64,000 nt of DNA from Longimicrobiales bacterium (GTDB taxonomy: Bacteria; Gemmatimonadota; Gemmatimonadetes; Longimicrobiales; Gaopeijiaceae). Location of the stretch: assembly GCA_963664435.2 (NCBI GenBank), contig CAXXKM010000001.1, positions 640,001-704,000 on the forward strand, written 5' to 3'. The notes beneath the pieces are model-generated. The model saw only the letters and a program-made list of their open reading frames with translations. It ran no database searches and was not told the DNA's origin. Of the stretch, positions 31,678 to 40,688 are shown piece by piece. The translations under genes and the position numbers were made by a program. Numbering within the stretch: the stretch's first letter is position 1; the number at the start of each line of letters is the position of its first letter.

Positions 31678-31786
31678 GATGGTGTATCGCCTCCGTCAGT
31701 TTGGCGCGAGCCCGCACGAGCATCGTGGCGCCCCGAGCCTGTTCGTGCTGGTTGGTCGCAAGCTTCTTCGTTCGTGTCGGGCTTCC

Positions 31787-33193
31787 TCAGATCCCCAGCT
31801 CCGCCAGCGCCCGCGCGCCTGCGTCGAGATTGGTGAGCCTCATGCTCGCGTAGTTGGGCGAATAGATGACGCCGGCCGCGCCCGCCTCGTACGCCGCGTG
31901 CACGCTCTCGTACACGATCTCGGGCGTGCAAGCCGCCTGTTCCGGGCTCGATCGCGGCGCGTCCACGCCCACGCCCATCAGCACCGGCAGCTCCCCGTCC
32001 AGCGCCTCGATCGTGTCCCGGCACTGCCCGCCAACATAGCTCGCGGGCGACATGCCCACACCGAGCAGCTCGTCCCACGGCGCCTCGTCGAGTCCCAGAA
32101 TCCGGTACATGATCGGCGTGATGTCCGCGGGCGCCAGATCGCGCAAAAGGGACGCGTGCAGCTGCTTCATCTCGTTGACGTAGATGCCGCCCGACTGATG
32201 CTGGTAGGTGATCGGCTTTACCCAGTCGGCGTAGTCCTTCGTCTCGGCCCAGGGCCATTGCGCCTTGCGGAAGGGGTTGAAGTGGTTGCGGTTCCACACG
32301 TTGAGCCCGAACTCGAGCGCCGGATCGCACCACTTGACGAGCCCGTACAGCTCGCGGTCCAGGTCCTTGTTGCGCTCCACCCAGTGCCGCTCGAGCAGCA
32401 GGAACTCGGGATTGTCGAGCAGCACCCGGAGCCCGGTGATGAGGGCGCCGTCCGTAAAGTGCTCCCCCGCGCGCGCGTTCCTGAAGTAGTCGTGAAGGGC
32501 CGCGCACGCCCGTCGCGCGCCCTCGGCGTCGATCCCGGCCCTGTCCAGTCGCGCGAGGCAGTGCGTGCAGAAGCATCCCGGCGCCATCCCGGTCACCAGC
32601 TGGTCCAGAGGGCTGCGGCGCTCGTTGCACCACATGATGCCGTCGATGTCGTAGCTGCGGCAGTGGTCCTCGATCAGCGCGTGCCACCACCCCCGGTAGT
32701 CCGGGTTCTCGAGACACGGCGCGCCGCTGATCCGGCCCAGATAGTCCACCTCCATGAGCTGCACCAGGTTGGGGATCTGCACGGTATTCGCCGACCCATG
32801 CCCGGAATACTTGAAGAGCGGTTCCATCAGCTCCGGGATGACCTTCATTCCCCGCTCCCGGGCACCAGGGATGACCATCTCCAGGATGTCCCGTCCCCGC
32901 ATCCCCTCGTCCGGGGCGCGGAAGTTGGTGACGCTGGTGTTGCGGTAGAACTCGGGATGATGCGCGAGATAGGATCCGCCCTGGACTTCGAGCGGCTCCG
33001 GGACGCCGTGGTCCGGCCATCCGTCGATCTTCCACGAGATGCTGCGCCCGATCTTGAGCCCGAGCCAGCTCACGGTTCCCAGAAACACCACATTCACGCC
33101 CACGCGCTGTTGCAACGTGTCCAGCACTGCGTCCACGCCTTCGTCCACGAAGCTCGCGGGCCCGATCTGGACCCCTACGCACCTGTCGGTCAC
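31787..33193 (-). CDS. Conserved hypothetical protein, possible glycoside-hydrolase-like TIM barrel
   Basis: Coding-like 468-aa ORF, GGGAGG RBS; CLENPDY, YDIDGIMWCNER, CFC..C motifs. Confidence 0.6.
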   Translation of the reverse strand: MTDRCVGVQIGPASFVDEGVDAVLDTLQQRVGVNVVFLGTVSWLGLKIGRSISWKIDGWPDHGVPEPLEVQGGSYLAHHPEFYRNTSVTNFRAPDEGMRGRDILEMVIPGARERGMKVIPELMEPLFKYSGHGSANTVQIPNLVQLMEVDYLGRISGAPCLENPDYRGWWHALIEDHCRSYDIDGIMWCNERRSPLDQLVTGMAPGCFCTHCLARLDRAGIDAEGARRACAALHDYFRNARAGEHFTDGALITGLRVLLDNPEFLLLERHWVERNKDLDRELYGLVKWCDPALEFGLNVWNRNHFNPFRKAQWPWAETKDYADWVKPITYQHQSGGIYVNEMKQLHASLLRDLAPADITPIMYRILGLDEAPWDELLGVGMSPASYVGGQCRDTIEALDGELPVLMGVGVDAPRSSPEQAACTPEIVYESVHAAYEAGAAGVIYSPNYASMRLTNLDAGARALAELGI

Positions 33194-33217
33194 GGTCGAT
33201 GATCCTCCCTTGTCCTA

Positions 33218-33253
33218 TACTGGTGTCTACTGACGACTTACTGGTGTCTACTG
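33218..33253. promoter_or_regulatory. 15-bp direct repeat with 21-bp period, possible operator
   Basis: tactggtgtctactg at 33218 and 33239, upstream of the 33193 gene. Confidence 0.5.
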
Positions 33254-33339
33254 GATACATGCCGGGCGGTCACCGGTCCGCCTCGCCCCACGCCCGCATG
33301 GCGCTCCACGCCCGCATGTCGCTCCACCCGGCATGTGTC
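33254..33339. repeat. Small element with imperfect terminal inverted repeats and an internal 18-bp tandem repeat
   Basis: gatacatgccgggcgg ... ccacccggcatgtgtc; ccacgcccgcatg(g/t)cgct x2. Confidence 0.55.
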
Positions 33340-33344
33340 TGCGC

Positions 33345-34169
33345 TCACCGGCCCTTCAACCTCGGATCCAGCATCTCCTGCAGGCTGTCGCCCAGGAGAT
33401 TCGTGGCCATGACGACGGTGAATATGGCGAGCCCGGGGAAGGTCGAAATCCACCATGCCCGCCCCAGCACGTCGCGACCCACGGCGACCATCAGCCCCCA
33501 CTCCGGCGTCGGAGGCTGCGCGCCCAGTCCCAGAAAGCTCAGTCCCGCGCCCACCGATATCGCGTGTCCGAACTCGAGCGTCGAGAGCACGAGCAGCGGG
33601 ATCGCCGTGTTCGGGAGCACGTGCCGCAGGATGATCCGGACATCCGGCACGCCCAGGAGCCGGGCCGCGTCGATGTATTCCTGCTCGCGCACGGTCAGCA
33701 CCGTCCCCCGCACCAGGCGCGCGTAGCGCGGGATCGTGGATACGCCGACCGCGACCATGACGTTGGTGATGCTCGGACCGAGCGCCGCGATGACGACGAG
33801 GGCCAGGAGGATGCCGGGAAAGGCCAGCATCGCATCCACCATGCGCATCAGCACCGTGTCCACCGGGCCGCGGTAATAGCCGGACACGAGCCCCAGCGCG
33901 GAGCCCAGCACCGAGCCGATGGCGACGCTGATGAAGCCGAGGATGAGCGACACGCGCGCGCCGTACACGACGCGGCTGAAGACGTCCCTGCCGAGCCGGT
34001 CCGTCCCGAACCAGAACTCCGCCGAGGGCGCCTCGCGTGCCCCGGAGACCGTGGCCAGCGGATCATGGGGCGAGCCGAGGGCGGCGAAGATGGCCAGGAG
34101 CACCCACCCCGCGAGGATGCAGCTGCCGGCGATGAACCCCGGGGTCAGGGTGCGGCCCGCGACGGTCAT
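33345..34169 (-). CDS. Peptide ABC permease (OppC/DppC-like)
   Basis: FGTDRLGRD, EYIDAAR, RHVLPN, LSFLGLG, PEWG. Confidence 0.93.
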   Translation of the reverse strand: MTVAGRTLTPGFIAGSCILAGWVLLAIFAALGSPHDPLATVSGAREAPSAEFWFGTDRLGRDVFSRVVYGARVSLILGFISVAIGSVLGSALGLVSGYYRGPVDTVLMRMVDAMLAFPGILLALVVIAALGPSITNVMVAVGVSTIPRYARLVRGTVLTVREQEYIDAARLLGVPDVRIILRHVLPNTAIPLLVLSTLEFGHAISVGAGLSFLGLGAQPPTPEWGLMVAVGRDVLGRAWWISTFPGLAIFTVVMATNLLGDSLQEMLDPRLKGR

Positions 34170-35110
34170 GCCGGCGCCCCGTCGCGAATGCGCGGATCGA
34201 GCCAGGCCGCAAGCAGATCCACGAGCAGGTTCACGACGACGTAGGCGGTGGCCATGAACAGCACGATCCCCTGCACCAGCGGATAGTCCTTCCAGAGGAT
34301 CGCGCTCACCACCAGGCGGCCCAGCCCGGGGCGGCTGAAGACCGTTTCCGTCACGACCGCGCCCGCGAGCATCGCCCCAAACTGAAGCCCGAGGATGGTC
34401 AGAACCGGAAGGAAGGCGTTCCGGAGCGCGTGCCTCAGATAGACGATGCGCCTGGGCAGGCCCTTCGCCCACGCCGCGCGCACGTAGTCTTCGACCAGCA
34501 CCTCGAGCAGCGAGGCCCGCGTCAGCCGCGCGATCACCCCCGCGGACAGGAGCCCCAGCGACAGGCTGGGAAGCACGAGCGAGCGGAGTCCTTCCGATCC
34601 CGCCGGCGGGAACCAGGGCAGCCAGAACGAGAACACGAGGATCAGCAGGAGACCGAGCCAGAAGAGCGGCAGCGACACCCCCGCGTAGGCGAGCACTCGG
34701 CTGAACCCGTCGATCCACGAGCCCTGTTTGAGGGCGGCGAGCACTCCCGTGGTCACTCCGATGATCACCGCGAAGAGGATGCCGCCCAGGCTGAGGGCGA
34801 GCGTCGAGCCCAGGCGGTCGAGGATCAGGTCGAGGACAGGCGCGCGCAGTCGGACCGAGGTTCCCAGATCGGCCGTGACCGCGCCCCGCAGGAACCGGCC
34901 ATACTGCACGGGGAGCGGGTCGTTAAGCCCCATCTCCTCGCGCAACTGCTCCTGCCGCTCCGGCGTTACGGACCCGCTCTCGGCTCCCGAGAGCATCAGC
35001 TGCACGGGATCGCCGGGGAGGGCGTGCATGATCGAGAAGACCGCGACCGATACCAGAAGCAATACCACGCCCAGCTGGGCTACGCGTCCGGCGAGGTAGC
35101 TGGCGAACAT
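34166..35110 (-). CDS. Peptide ABC permease (OppB/DppB-like)
   Basis: PGDP, EDYVRAAWAKG, HALRNA, ETVF..PGLG, DYP. Confidence 0.93.
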   Translation of the reverse strand: MFASYLAGRVAQLGVVLLLVSVAVFSIMHALPGDPVQLMLSGAESGSVTPERQEQLREEMGLNDPLPVQYGRFLRGAVTADLGTSVRLRAPVLDLILDRLGSTLALSLGGILFAVIIGVTTGVLAALKQGSWIDGFSRVLAYAGVSLPLFWLGLLLILVFSFWLPWFPPAGSEGLRSLVLPSLSLGLLSAGVIARLTRASLLEVLVEDYVRAAWAKGLPRRIVYLRHALRNAFLPVLTILGLQFGAMLAGAVVTETVFSRPGLGRLVVSAILWKDYPLVQGIVLFMATAYVVVNLLVDLLAAWLDPRIRDGAPA

Positions 35111-35233
35111 GGGGGTGGCTGGCGGCCTTGCGTGTGGAGGTGGTGGTTTTCCGGCGGGAAACTACCGCGTGGCATGGGCATGTGCGAGCATCGCCGCGCT
35201 CCGACGAACGGTCGGATGACGGCTTGAGCGGCT

Positions 35234-35267
35234 CTTACCCTACAGGGGTAAGTCGGATATCTTACCC
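35234..35267 (+). promoter_or_regulatory. TA operator: three alternating CTTACCC/GGGTAAG half-sites
   Basis: cttaccc-tacag-gggtaag-tcggatat-cttaccc ending 3 bp before the antitoxin ATG. Confidence 0.65.
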
Positions 35268-35270
35268 GCT

Positions 35271-35531
35271 ATGAGGACCATCATCTCCACCAAGGGACAA
35301 CTCGTCCTTCCCGCCGAGCTTCGCCAGCAAGACGGCGTTGCCCCCGGCCAGGAGTTCGAAATCGAGCGGCTCGGACCGGGAGTCTACCGTCTCGCCCGCG
35401 CCGAGGCACCGGCGAACGCAGGCTTGGTGGACTGGTTGCTGGCCTGTCCCGAGAAGGGGTGGTTCGTGCCCGTTCCCTCCGAGTCGACCGCAGACCTGCA
35501 GGATCCGGGGATCGAGGAACCGGTCGATTAA
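35271..35531 (+). CDS. vapB: AbrB/MazE-type antitoxin
   Basis: ISTKGQLVLPAELRQ..G..PG motif. Confidence 0.88.
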   Translation: MRTIISTKGQLVLPAELRQQDGVAPGQEFEIERLGPGVYRLARAEAPANAGLVDWLLACPEKGWFVPVPSESTADLQDPGIEEPVD

Positions 35532-35943
35532 GTATCTGGTCGACACGAACGTCCTCTCCGAGGCCACGCGGCCGAACCCGGACCCGAAAGTGATCGAGTG
35601 GCTGCGGAACCACGAGCCGCACCTGGTCGTGAACCCCGTGGTCCTCGGCGAAGTCTGGTACGGGATACGCCTGCTGAGACCCGGGCGCGGTCGCGACTCC
35701 CTCGAGTTCTGGTTCACCGAGGTCGTGCGCCGGATCCACTGTGTGCCACTGGACGCGGATACCGGACTCCGCTGGGCCGAACTCCTCACCCGACTCCGCT
35801 CCCGTGGGAGATCGATGCCCGTCAAGGACAGCCTGATTGCGGCGACCGCACTTTCTCACGGACTCGTCGTGGTTACCCGCAACCGAAAGGATTTCGAGTC
35901 GGCTGGGGTCGAAATCGTGAATCCGTTCGCTCATCCAGATTGA
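35527..35943 (+). CDS. vapC: PIN-domain toxin (apparent ATT start)
   Basis: (I)KYLVDTNVLSE, GEV, DSLIAATA, TRN.KDF. Confidence 0.88.
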   Translation: MKYLVDTNVLSEATRPNPDPKVIEWLRNHEPHLVVNPVVLGEVWYGIRLLRPGRGRDSLEFWFTEVVRRIHCVPLDADTGLRWAELLTRLRSRGRSMPVKDSLIAATALSHGLVVVTRNRKDFESAGVEIVNPFAHPD

Positions 35944-36022
35944 TGGGCTGCTCGCTCTGCGGAGATCCCGGATCTTCTCGCCGGCAACGGAACGAAAGCG
36001 TCGGCGCCACCCCTCCGTCGGC

Positions 36023-37450
36023 TCACCCCGGGACTCCCGCTGGAGCGCCTGTGGAAGCCTCGGCAGAGACGGCCGCAAGCGCCCCCACCAGCTCCCCGAC
36101 ATGCCCGAGCTCATCCACCCGCTCAAGGACTTCCAGCGCCGCATCGATCCCCGCGCCGTCCATCACGAGGCTCGCGCAGTCCCGGAACTTCGCGTGCAGT
36201 TCCTCCCGGCTCAGGGGACGCTCCGGACCGCCGGGATAGGTGTCCGCCTCGGTGTGGAGTTCGGTGCCGTCGCGGAGGCGGACGTCGATCGCGCTGCGCA
36301 TGCGGTCGTAGCCGCGCGCGTCGATCGCCTCGTCGAACTGGACGGTCACCCGGCGCATCATGTCCGCCGCCTCCTCGGAGAGGACGAAGTCGTCGTGGAA
36401 CTCGCGGATCCCGGCCCGCCGGCGGAGGACGATGCTCGAGAGGACGAAGGGGATGCAGAACTTCGCCTCCAGTTCGTTGCGGGGGACGGGATACCGCAGC
36501 GGGTTGAGGATGTTGTGGCCGGCGCGGAAGGTGATGCCGGCGATGTCGTCCGGCGCGAGGTCGTGCTCGGTCACGAGCTCGAGCATGGCGGCCATGCTGG
36601 GGTGGCCGAGGCTTCCCGAGGGGAAGGGCTTCACGGACACGCCGGGGTCGAGCAGGGTGTAGGGCGCGCCCAGGGCGCCGACCAGCCGCTCGGGCTCGAA
36701 GCCGCCGCCGAACACGCGGAAGAAGCCCCACGGCGCCTCCAGCGCATCGCTGCCGGCCGTGAAGCCGCGCGCCGCGAGGTCGACCGCCACGATGCCGTTC
36801 TCGGCGGCGCGCCCGGCGTGGAGCGGCTTGGTCATGGTGCCGAACCCGAGCCGTATCCCCGACGAGAGGCTCGCCGCGATGCCGAGCGCCATGGCGAGGT
36901 CGTCCGCGTCCAGCCCGGCCAGCCTGGCGGCCGTCGCGCAGGCCCCGAGCGTGCCGATCGTCGCGGTCGAGTGGAACCCTTCCCTGTAGTGCCGGGGATC
37001 GATCGCCTCGGCGATCTTGCACTCCACCTCGAAGCCGATGAGGAACGCCTCCAGGAACTCGGCGCCCGTGGCTCCCACCCGTTCCGCCATCGCGTACCCC
37101 GCCGACAGCGGCGCCACCGTGGGGTGGGTGAGGAGCCCGAAGATGCGGTCGGGGGCGTTCGAGAGCTGCGTGTCGTCGAAGTCCATCGCGTGGCCCGCCG
37201 TGCCGTTGGCGCGCGCCGCGAGCGAGGCCGGGGCGCGGGTGTCCGGCGGCCCGAAGATGGTCGCCTCCGCGTGCCCCCCCTGCGCCGCGATCTGGTCCTG
37301 CACGATGCGGGAGCAGGCGTCCGTGGACCCGGCGAGGATCACGCCCGTGCCGTCCAGCACGCAGCGCCGCCCCTCGCTCAGCAGCCGCTCCGGGAAGTCC
37401 GTGATGTTCGTTTCGAGGATGAAGTCGATGACCGCGCGTGTCGCGCTCAC
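36023..37450 (-). CDS. MmgE/PrpD family protein
   Basis: HAMDFDD, HP, GFHST, KPLHAG, EAKF. Confidence 0.92.
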   Translation of the reverse strand: MSATRAVIDFILETNITDFPERLLSEGRRCVLDGTGVILAGSTDACSRIVQDQIAAQGGHAEATIFGPPDTRAPASLAARANGTAGHAMDFDDTQLSNAPDRIFGLLTHPTVAPLSAGYAMAERVGATGAEFLEAFLIGFEVECKIAEAIDPRHYREGFHSTATIGTLGACATAARLAGLDADDLAMALGIAASLSSGIRLGFGTMTKPLHAGRAAENGIVAVDLAARGFTAGSDALEAPWGFFRVFGGGFEPERLVGALGAPYTLLDPGVSVKPFPSGSLGHPSMAAMLELVTEHDLAPDDIAGITFRAGHNILNPLRYPVPRNELEAKFCIPFVLSSIVLRRRAGIREFHDDFVLSEEAADMMRRVTVQFDEAIDARGYDRMRSAIDVRLRDGTELHTEADTYPGGPERPLSREELHAKFRDCASLVMDGAGIDAALEVLERVDELGHVGELVGALAAVSAEASTGAPAGVPG

Positions 37451-38943
37451 TCTTGCTCCTTTGCTTGTCGTTTTGCGGAAACGAGACGGTTCCTGACCGC
37501 CGGGGCCGCGAAGCTGACCACCGCCAGCGCGAGCAGCACCAGACCGATCGGACTCTCGAGGAAGACCGTGTGCGAGCCCGACGACAGCGTGAGGGCCCGC
37601 CGATAGTTCGTCTCGATCATGGGACCGAGGATGAGGCCGAGCACGGCCGGCGCCAGCGGATATCCGGCCCGCAACATGGCGAAGCCGACGACCCCGAAGA
37701 AGAGGGCCACCCAGGCGTCGGCCGCGTTCCCGCGCAGCGCGAAGACGCCCACGAGCGAGATGGCCACGACCAGCGGCATCAGGATCGACGGGCGCAGCCG
37801 CACGACGCGCGTCCACAGGGGGATCCCGAGGCGCCCCACGGCCAGCATGAGCAGCACCGCCACCAGGAACCCGGCGTACAGCGCGTAGACGAGTTCGGAG
37901 CGCTCGGCCATCAACAGCGGGCCCGGCGCGACGCCCTGCACCGTGAGGCCCCCGAGCAGCACGGCGGCGCTCGCCGACCCCGGAATCCCGAGCGCGAGAA
38001 GGGGGATCATGGCGGCGCCCACGCAGGAGTTGTTCGCCGCCTCGGGCGCCGCGATGCCGGCCGGCACTCCGGTCCCGAACCGCTCCCGGTCCTTCGAGAC
38101 GCGCCGCTCCTCGTTCCACGCCACGATCGAGGCGATCGTCGCCCCGGCGCCGGGGATGGCCCCGATCAGCCCGCCGATCGCCGACCCGCGCAGAATCGTG
38201 CGCCAGAGCCCGAACAGCTCACGGGCCCCGGGCAGCGCCCCCGTGATGCCGGCCCCGGGCGCCGTCGCCTTGCGCCCGCCGGCCGACGCCTTCAGCGCCT
38301 CGGCAATGGCGAAGAAGCCGATCAGCATCGGCACCAGCCCGAGCCCGTCCATGAGCATGTTCGTGCCGAGCGTGAGCCGCGGCGCCCCCGTGAGCACGTC
38401 CAGCCCGACGATGAAGAAAACGAGTCCCAGCAGCGCGCTGATGATCCCCTTCAGAGGATCCCTTCCCACGAGGTTCGCGACGATCGAGAGGCCGAACACG
38501 CCGAGCCCGAAGTACTCCGCCGGCCCGAAGGCGATCGCCGCCCGCGAAAGCGGCCCGAGCGCCAGCACGAGGAGAATCGTCCCCAGGATCCCCCCGCTCA
38601 TGGAGGAGAAGAGGGAGATCCCCAGCGCGCGCCCCGCCTCGCCCCGCTGCGTCATGGCGTAGCCGTCGAAGGTCGTCGCGAGCGCGGGCGAGCTGCCCGG
38701 AACCCCGATCGCAATCGCCGTGATCGATCCTCCGTACTCCGCCGCCATGTAGATCGAGACCATCATCAGGAGCGCCGGCGTCGGGTCGAGCGCGAAGGTC
38801 AACGGGAGGACGAGCGCGAGCCCCACCGTCGAACTCAGCCCCGGCATCGCCCCGGCGAACACCCCGAGCAGGCTGCCGCCCAGCAGCGCGGCGAGGTTCC
38901 CCGGCTGCAGCGCCGTCAGGAGACCGTCGAGGAAGGCCGACAC
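37447..38943 (-). CDS. tctA: Tripartite tricarboxylate transporter large permease
   Basis: GAMPGL, YGGS, PG, DGYAM, PEAANN, LGIPG. Confidence 0.93.
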   Translation of the reverse strand: MSAFLDGLLTALQPGNLAALLGGSLLGVFAGAMPGLSSTVGLALVLPLTFALDPTPALLMMVSIYMAAEYGGSITAIAIGVPGSSPALATTFDGYAMTQRGEAGRALGISLFSSMSGGILGTILLVLALGPLSRAAIAFGPAEYFGLGVFGLSIVANLVGRDPLKGIISALLGLVFFIVGLDVLTGAPRLTLGTNMLMDGLGLVPMLIGFFAIAEALKASAGGRKATAPGAGITGALPGARELFGLWRTILRGSAIGGLIGAIPGAGATIASIVAWNEERRVSKDRERFGTGVPAGIAAPEAANNSCVGAAMIPLLALGIPGSASAAVLLGGLTVQGVAPGPLLMAERSELVYALYAGFLVAVLLMLAVGRLGIPLWTRVVRLRPSILMPLVVAISLVGVFALRGNAADAWVALFFGVVGFAMLRAGYPLAPAVLGLILGPMIETNYRRALTLSSGSHTVFLESPIGLVLLALAVVSFAAPAVRNRLVSAKRQAKEQE

Positions 38944-38958
38944 GCCCGCGTCGCCCGG

Positions 38959-39519
38959 TCAGAACCCGGTCGGCAGCGGCACGCCGAGCAGGACCATGAA
39001 CACCAGGTAGATGAACCCGGCGAAGGCGAGCGGCACCGAGACCAGTATCCGCCACGAACGCTCGCCCGTCAGCCACATGAGGCCGACGACGAGAAGCGGC
39101 ACCGAGAGGACGGTTCCGAGGAGCGGCCATACGAGGAGGAAGGCGGCGATCCAGGCCACGGCGATCCACACTCCGAAGCGCTGGACGCGGGTGCTTGCCC
39201 GTACGCCTGCGGCAGAGTCCGAGGATGCATTTCCGCGGGAACGTCCAGCGCTCGATTCGCCGCCCGAGCCACTGTCCTTCGCACCGCCCGATCCTCCCCC
39301 TCTCGCGCCACGCCAGGCACGGATCGCGAGCCAGGCCGCGCAGGCGATGAGGAGCGCCGCGAGCAGTCGGGGGAAGAAGGCCGGGCCCGGGGCGCCCTCG
39401 GCCAGCGAAGGGGGATAGCCGCGCGAGTCGAGCAGGACCGCGGCTCCGACGGCGGCGAGCAGCCCGGCCTCGGCCAGGAGGCGCAGCGGTGGGCTTCCGC
39501 GCGCGGAGCGGCTACCCAT
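38959..39519 (-). CDS. tctB: Tripartite tricarboxylate transporter small permease
   Basis: GPAFFP, 4 TM, LGVPLP; lies between tctA and tctC. Confidence 0.85.
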   Translation of the reverse strand: MGSRSARGSPPLRLLAEAGLLAAVGAAVLLDSRGYPPSLAEGAPGPAFFPRLLAALLIACAAWLAIRAWRGARGGGSGGAKDSGSGGESSAGRSRGNASSDSAAGVRASTRVQRFGVWIAVAWIAAFLLVWPLLGTVLSVPLLVVGLMWLTGERSWRILVSVPLAFAGFIYLVFMVLLGVPLPTGF

Positions 39520-40561
39520 CCAGGATTCCCAGCCGTCGCAGCAGGTCCCGGCTCGTCGTGACTTCCTCCGTCATCCAGGCCCCGAACGCCTCCGCATCCT
39601 CCATCGTCGCGTACTCGAGGGCGGCGCGCTCCATGTACTCCCGGAACCCCGGACCGTCGATCGCGGCCAGGAGACGGGCGCGGATGTCGGCCCGCGTCCC
39701 GGGGTCCAGCCCCGGCGGGCCCACCACCCCGCGCCAGTGGACGGGCTGGAGATCATACCCCTGGTCCGCGTAGCTCGGGGTGTCCGGGAGCGCCTCGACG
39801 GGCAGCGCGGTCCCCAGCACGCGCATCGTCCCCGCGCGCAGGTGCTCGCGCACGATATTGTAATTCGTGTGCGCCGCGTCCGTGTGGCCACCGAGCGCCG
39901 CGACCACCGCGTCCGCCGACCCTTCGTAGGCGATCCAGCGGACATCCGGATCTCCCGCCGCCGCCCGCAACCGGGCGAAGCCGAGGAAATGGGCCGACGC
40001 CGCCCCGAACCCCGACATCGACACCTCGCCGGGCCGGGCGTGAGCGGCCTCGAACAGGTCTCCCAGCGTGCGAAAGGGGCTGTCGTCCCGCACCGCGACG
40101 AGGAAGGGATCGATCTGGATGCGGAGGATGGGCGTGAAGTCCTCCGGGCCGAAGGGGATCCGCCCGGTCGCCATGTTCACCGTCCCGCTCGCCGTGAACA
40201 CGCCGAGCACGTGAGGGTCCCCCGCACGGCCCTGCATGTACTGCATGCCGGCGGCCCCCGCCCCGCCCTGCCGGGTCATCACGTTCACGCGCTGCCCGTC
40301 GAAGTGCGCCGGCGCGACATCGGCCAGCGCCCGCGAGAGGAGGTCCGAGGGGCCGCCGGGGGTCGCCCAGGAAACGATTTCGATGGGGCGGTTGGGGAAG
40401 GCGGCGTCCTCCCCGCCCGGCGAGCAGGTGGCTGAGGCCAGGAGAGCGAAGGCTATGGCCACTACCCGAAGACGCCTGGATCCGGACCGGGGCTGGTAGC
40501 TGCCCGGACGGGCTGCGGTTCGCGTCCGAAGTGACGAAGCGGTCGTTGCTCGATGTTTCAT
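39512..40561 (-). CDS. tctC: Tripartite tricarboxylate transporter substrate-binding protein (Bug)
   Basis: FPNRPI, PGGPSD, YEG, WRG..GPPG; start uncertain. Confidence 0.88.
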   Translation of the reverse strand: MKHRATTASSLRTRTAARPGSYQPRSGSRRLRVVAIAFALLASATCSPGGEDAAFPNRPIEIVSWATPGGPSDLLSRALADVAPAHFDGQRVNVMTRQGGAGAAGMQYMQGRAGDPHVLGVFTASGTVNMATGRIPFGPEDFTPILRIQIDPFLVAVRDDSPFRTLGDLFEAAHARPGEVSMSGFGAASAHFLGFARLRAAAGDPDVRWIAYEGSADAVVAALGGHTDAAHTNYNIVREHLRAGTMRVLGTALPVEALPDTPSYADQGYDLQPVHWRGVVGPPGLDPGTRADIRARLLAAIDGPGFREYMERAALEYATMEDAEAFGAWMTEEVTTSRDLLRRLGILDG

Positions 40562-40688
40562 GCAGGGGAATATGACGGTCGCGGTGGCGGTCGGCCACCG
40601 GGCGCCGGACGGTGAGATCCGTTTCGGTTGGTCTGGCGTCCCGCCTGTTTTCAAGATTATCTTGAGTTCAGCCTACGGGAGGGGAGAG

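Noticed and set aside
35338..35526. N-terminal extension of vapC in the ORF track
   Set aside because: Overlaps the antitoxin in another frame and does not resemble PIN sequence
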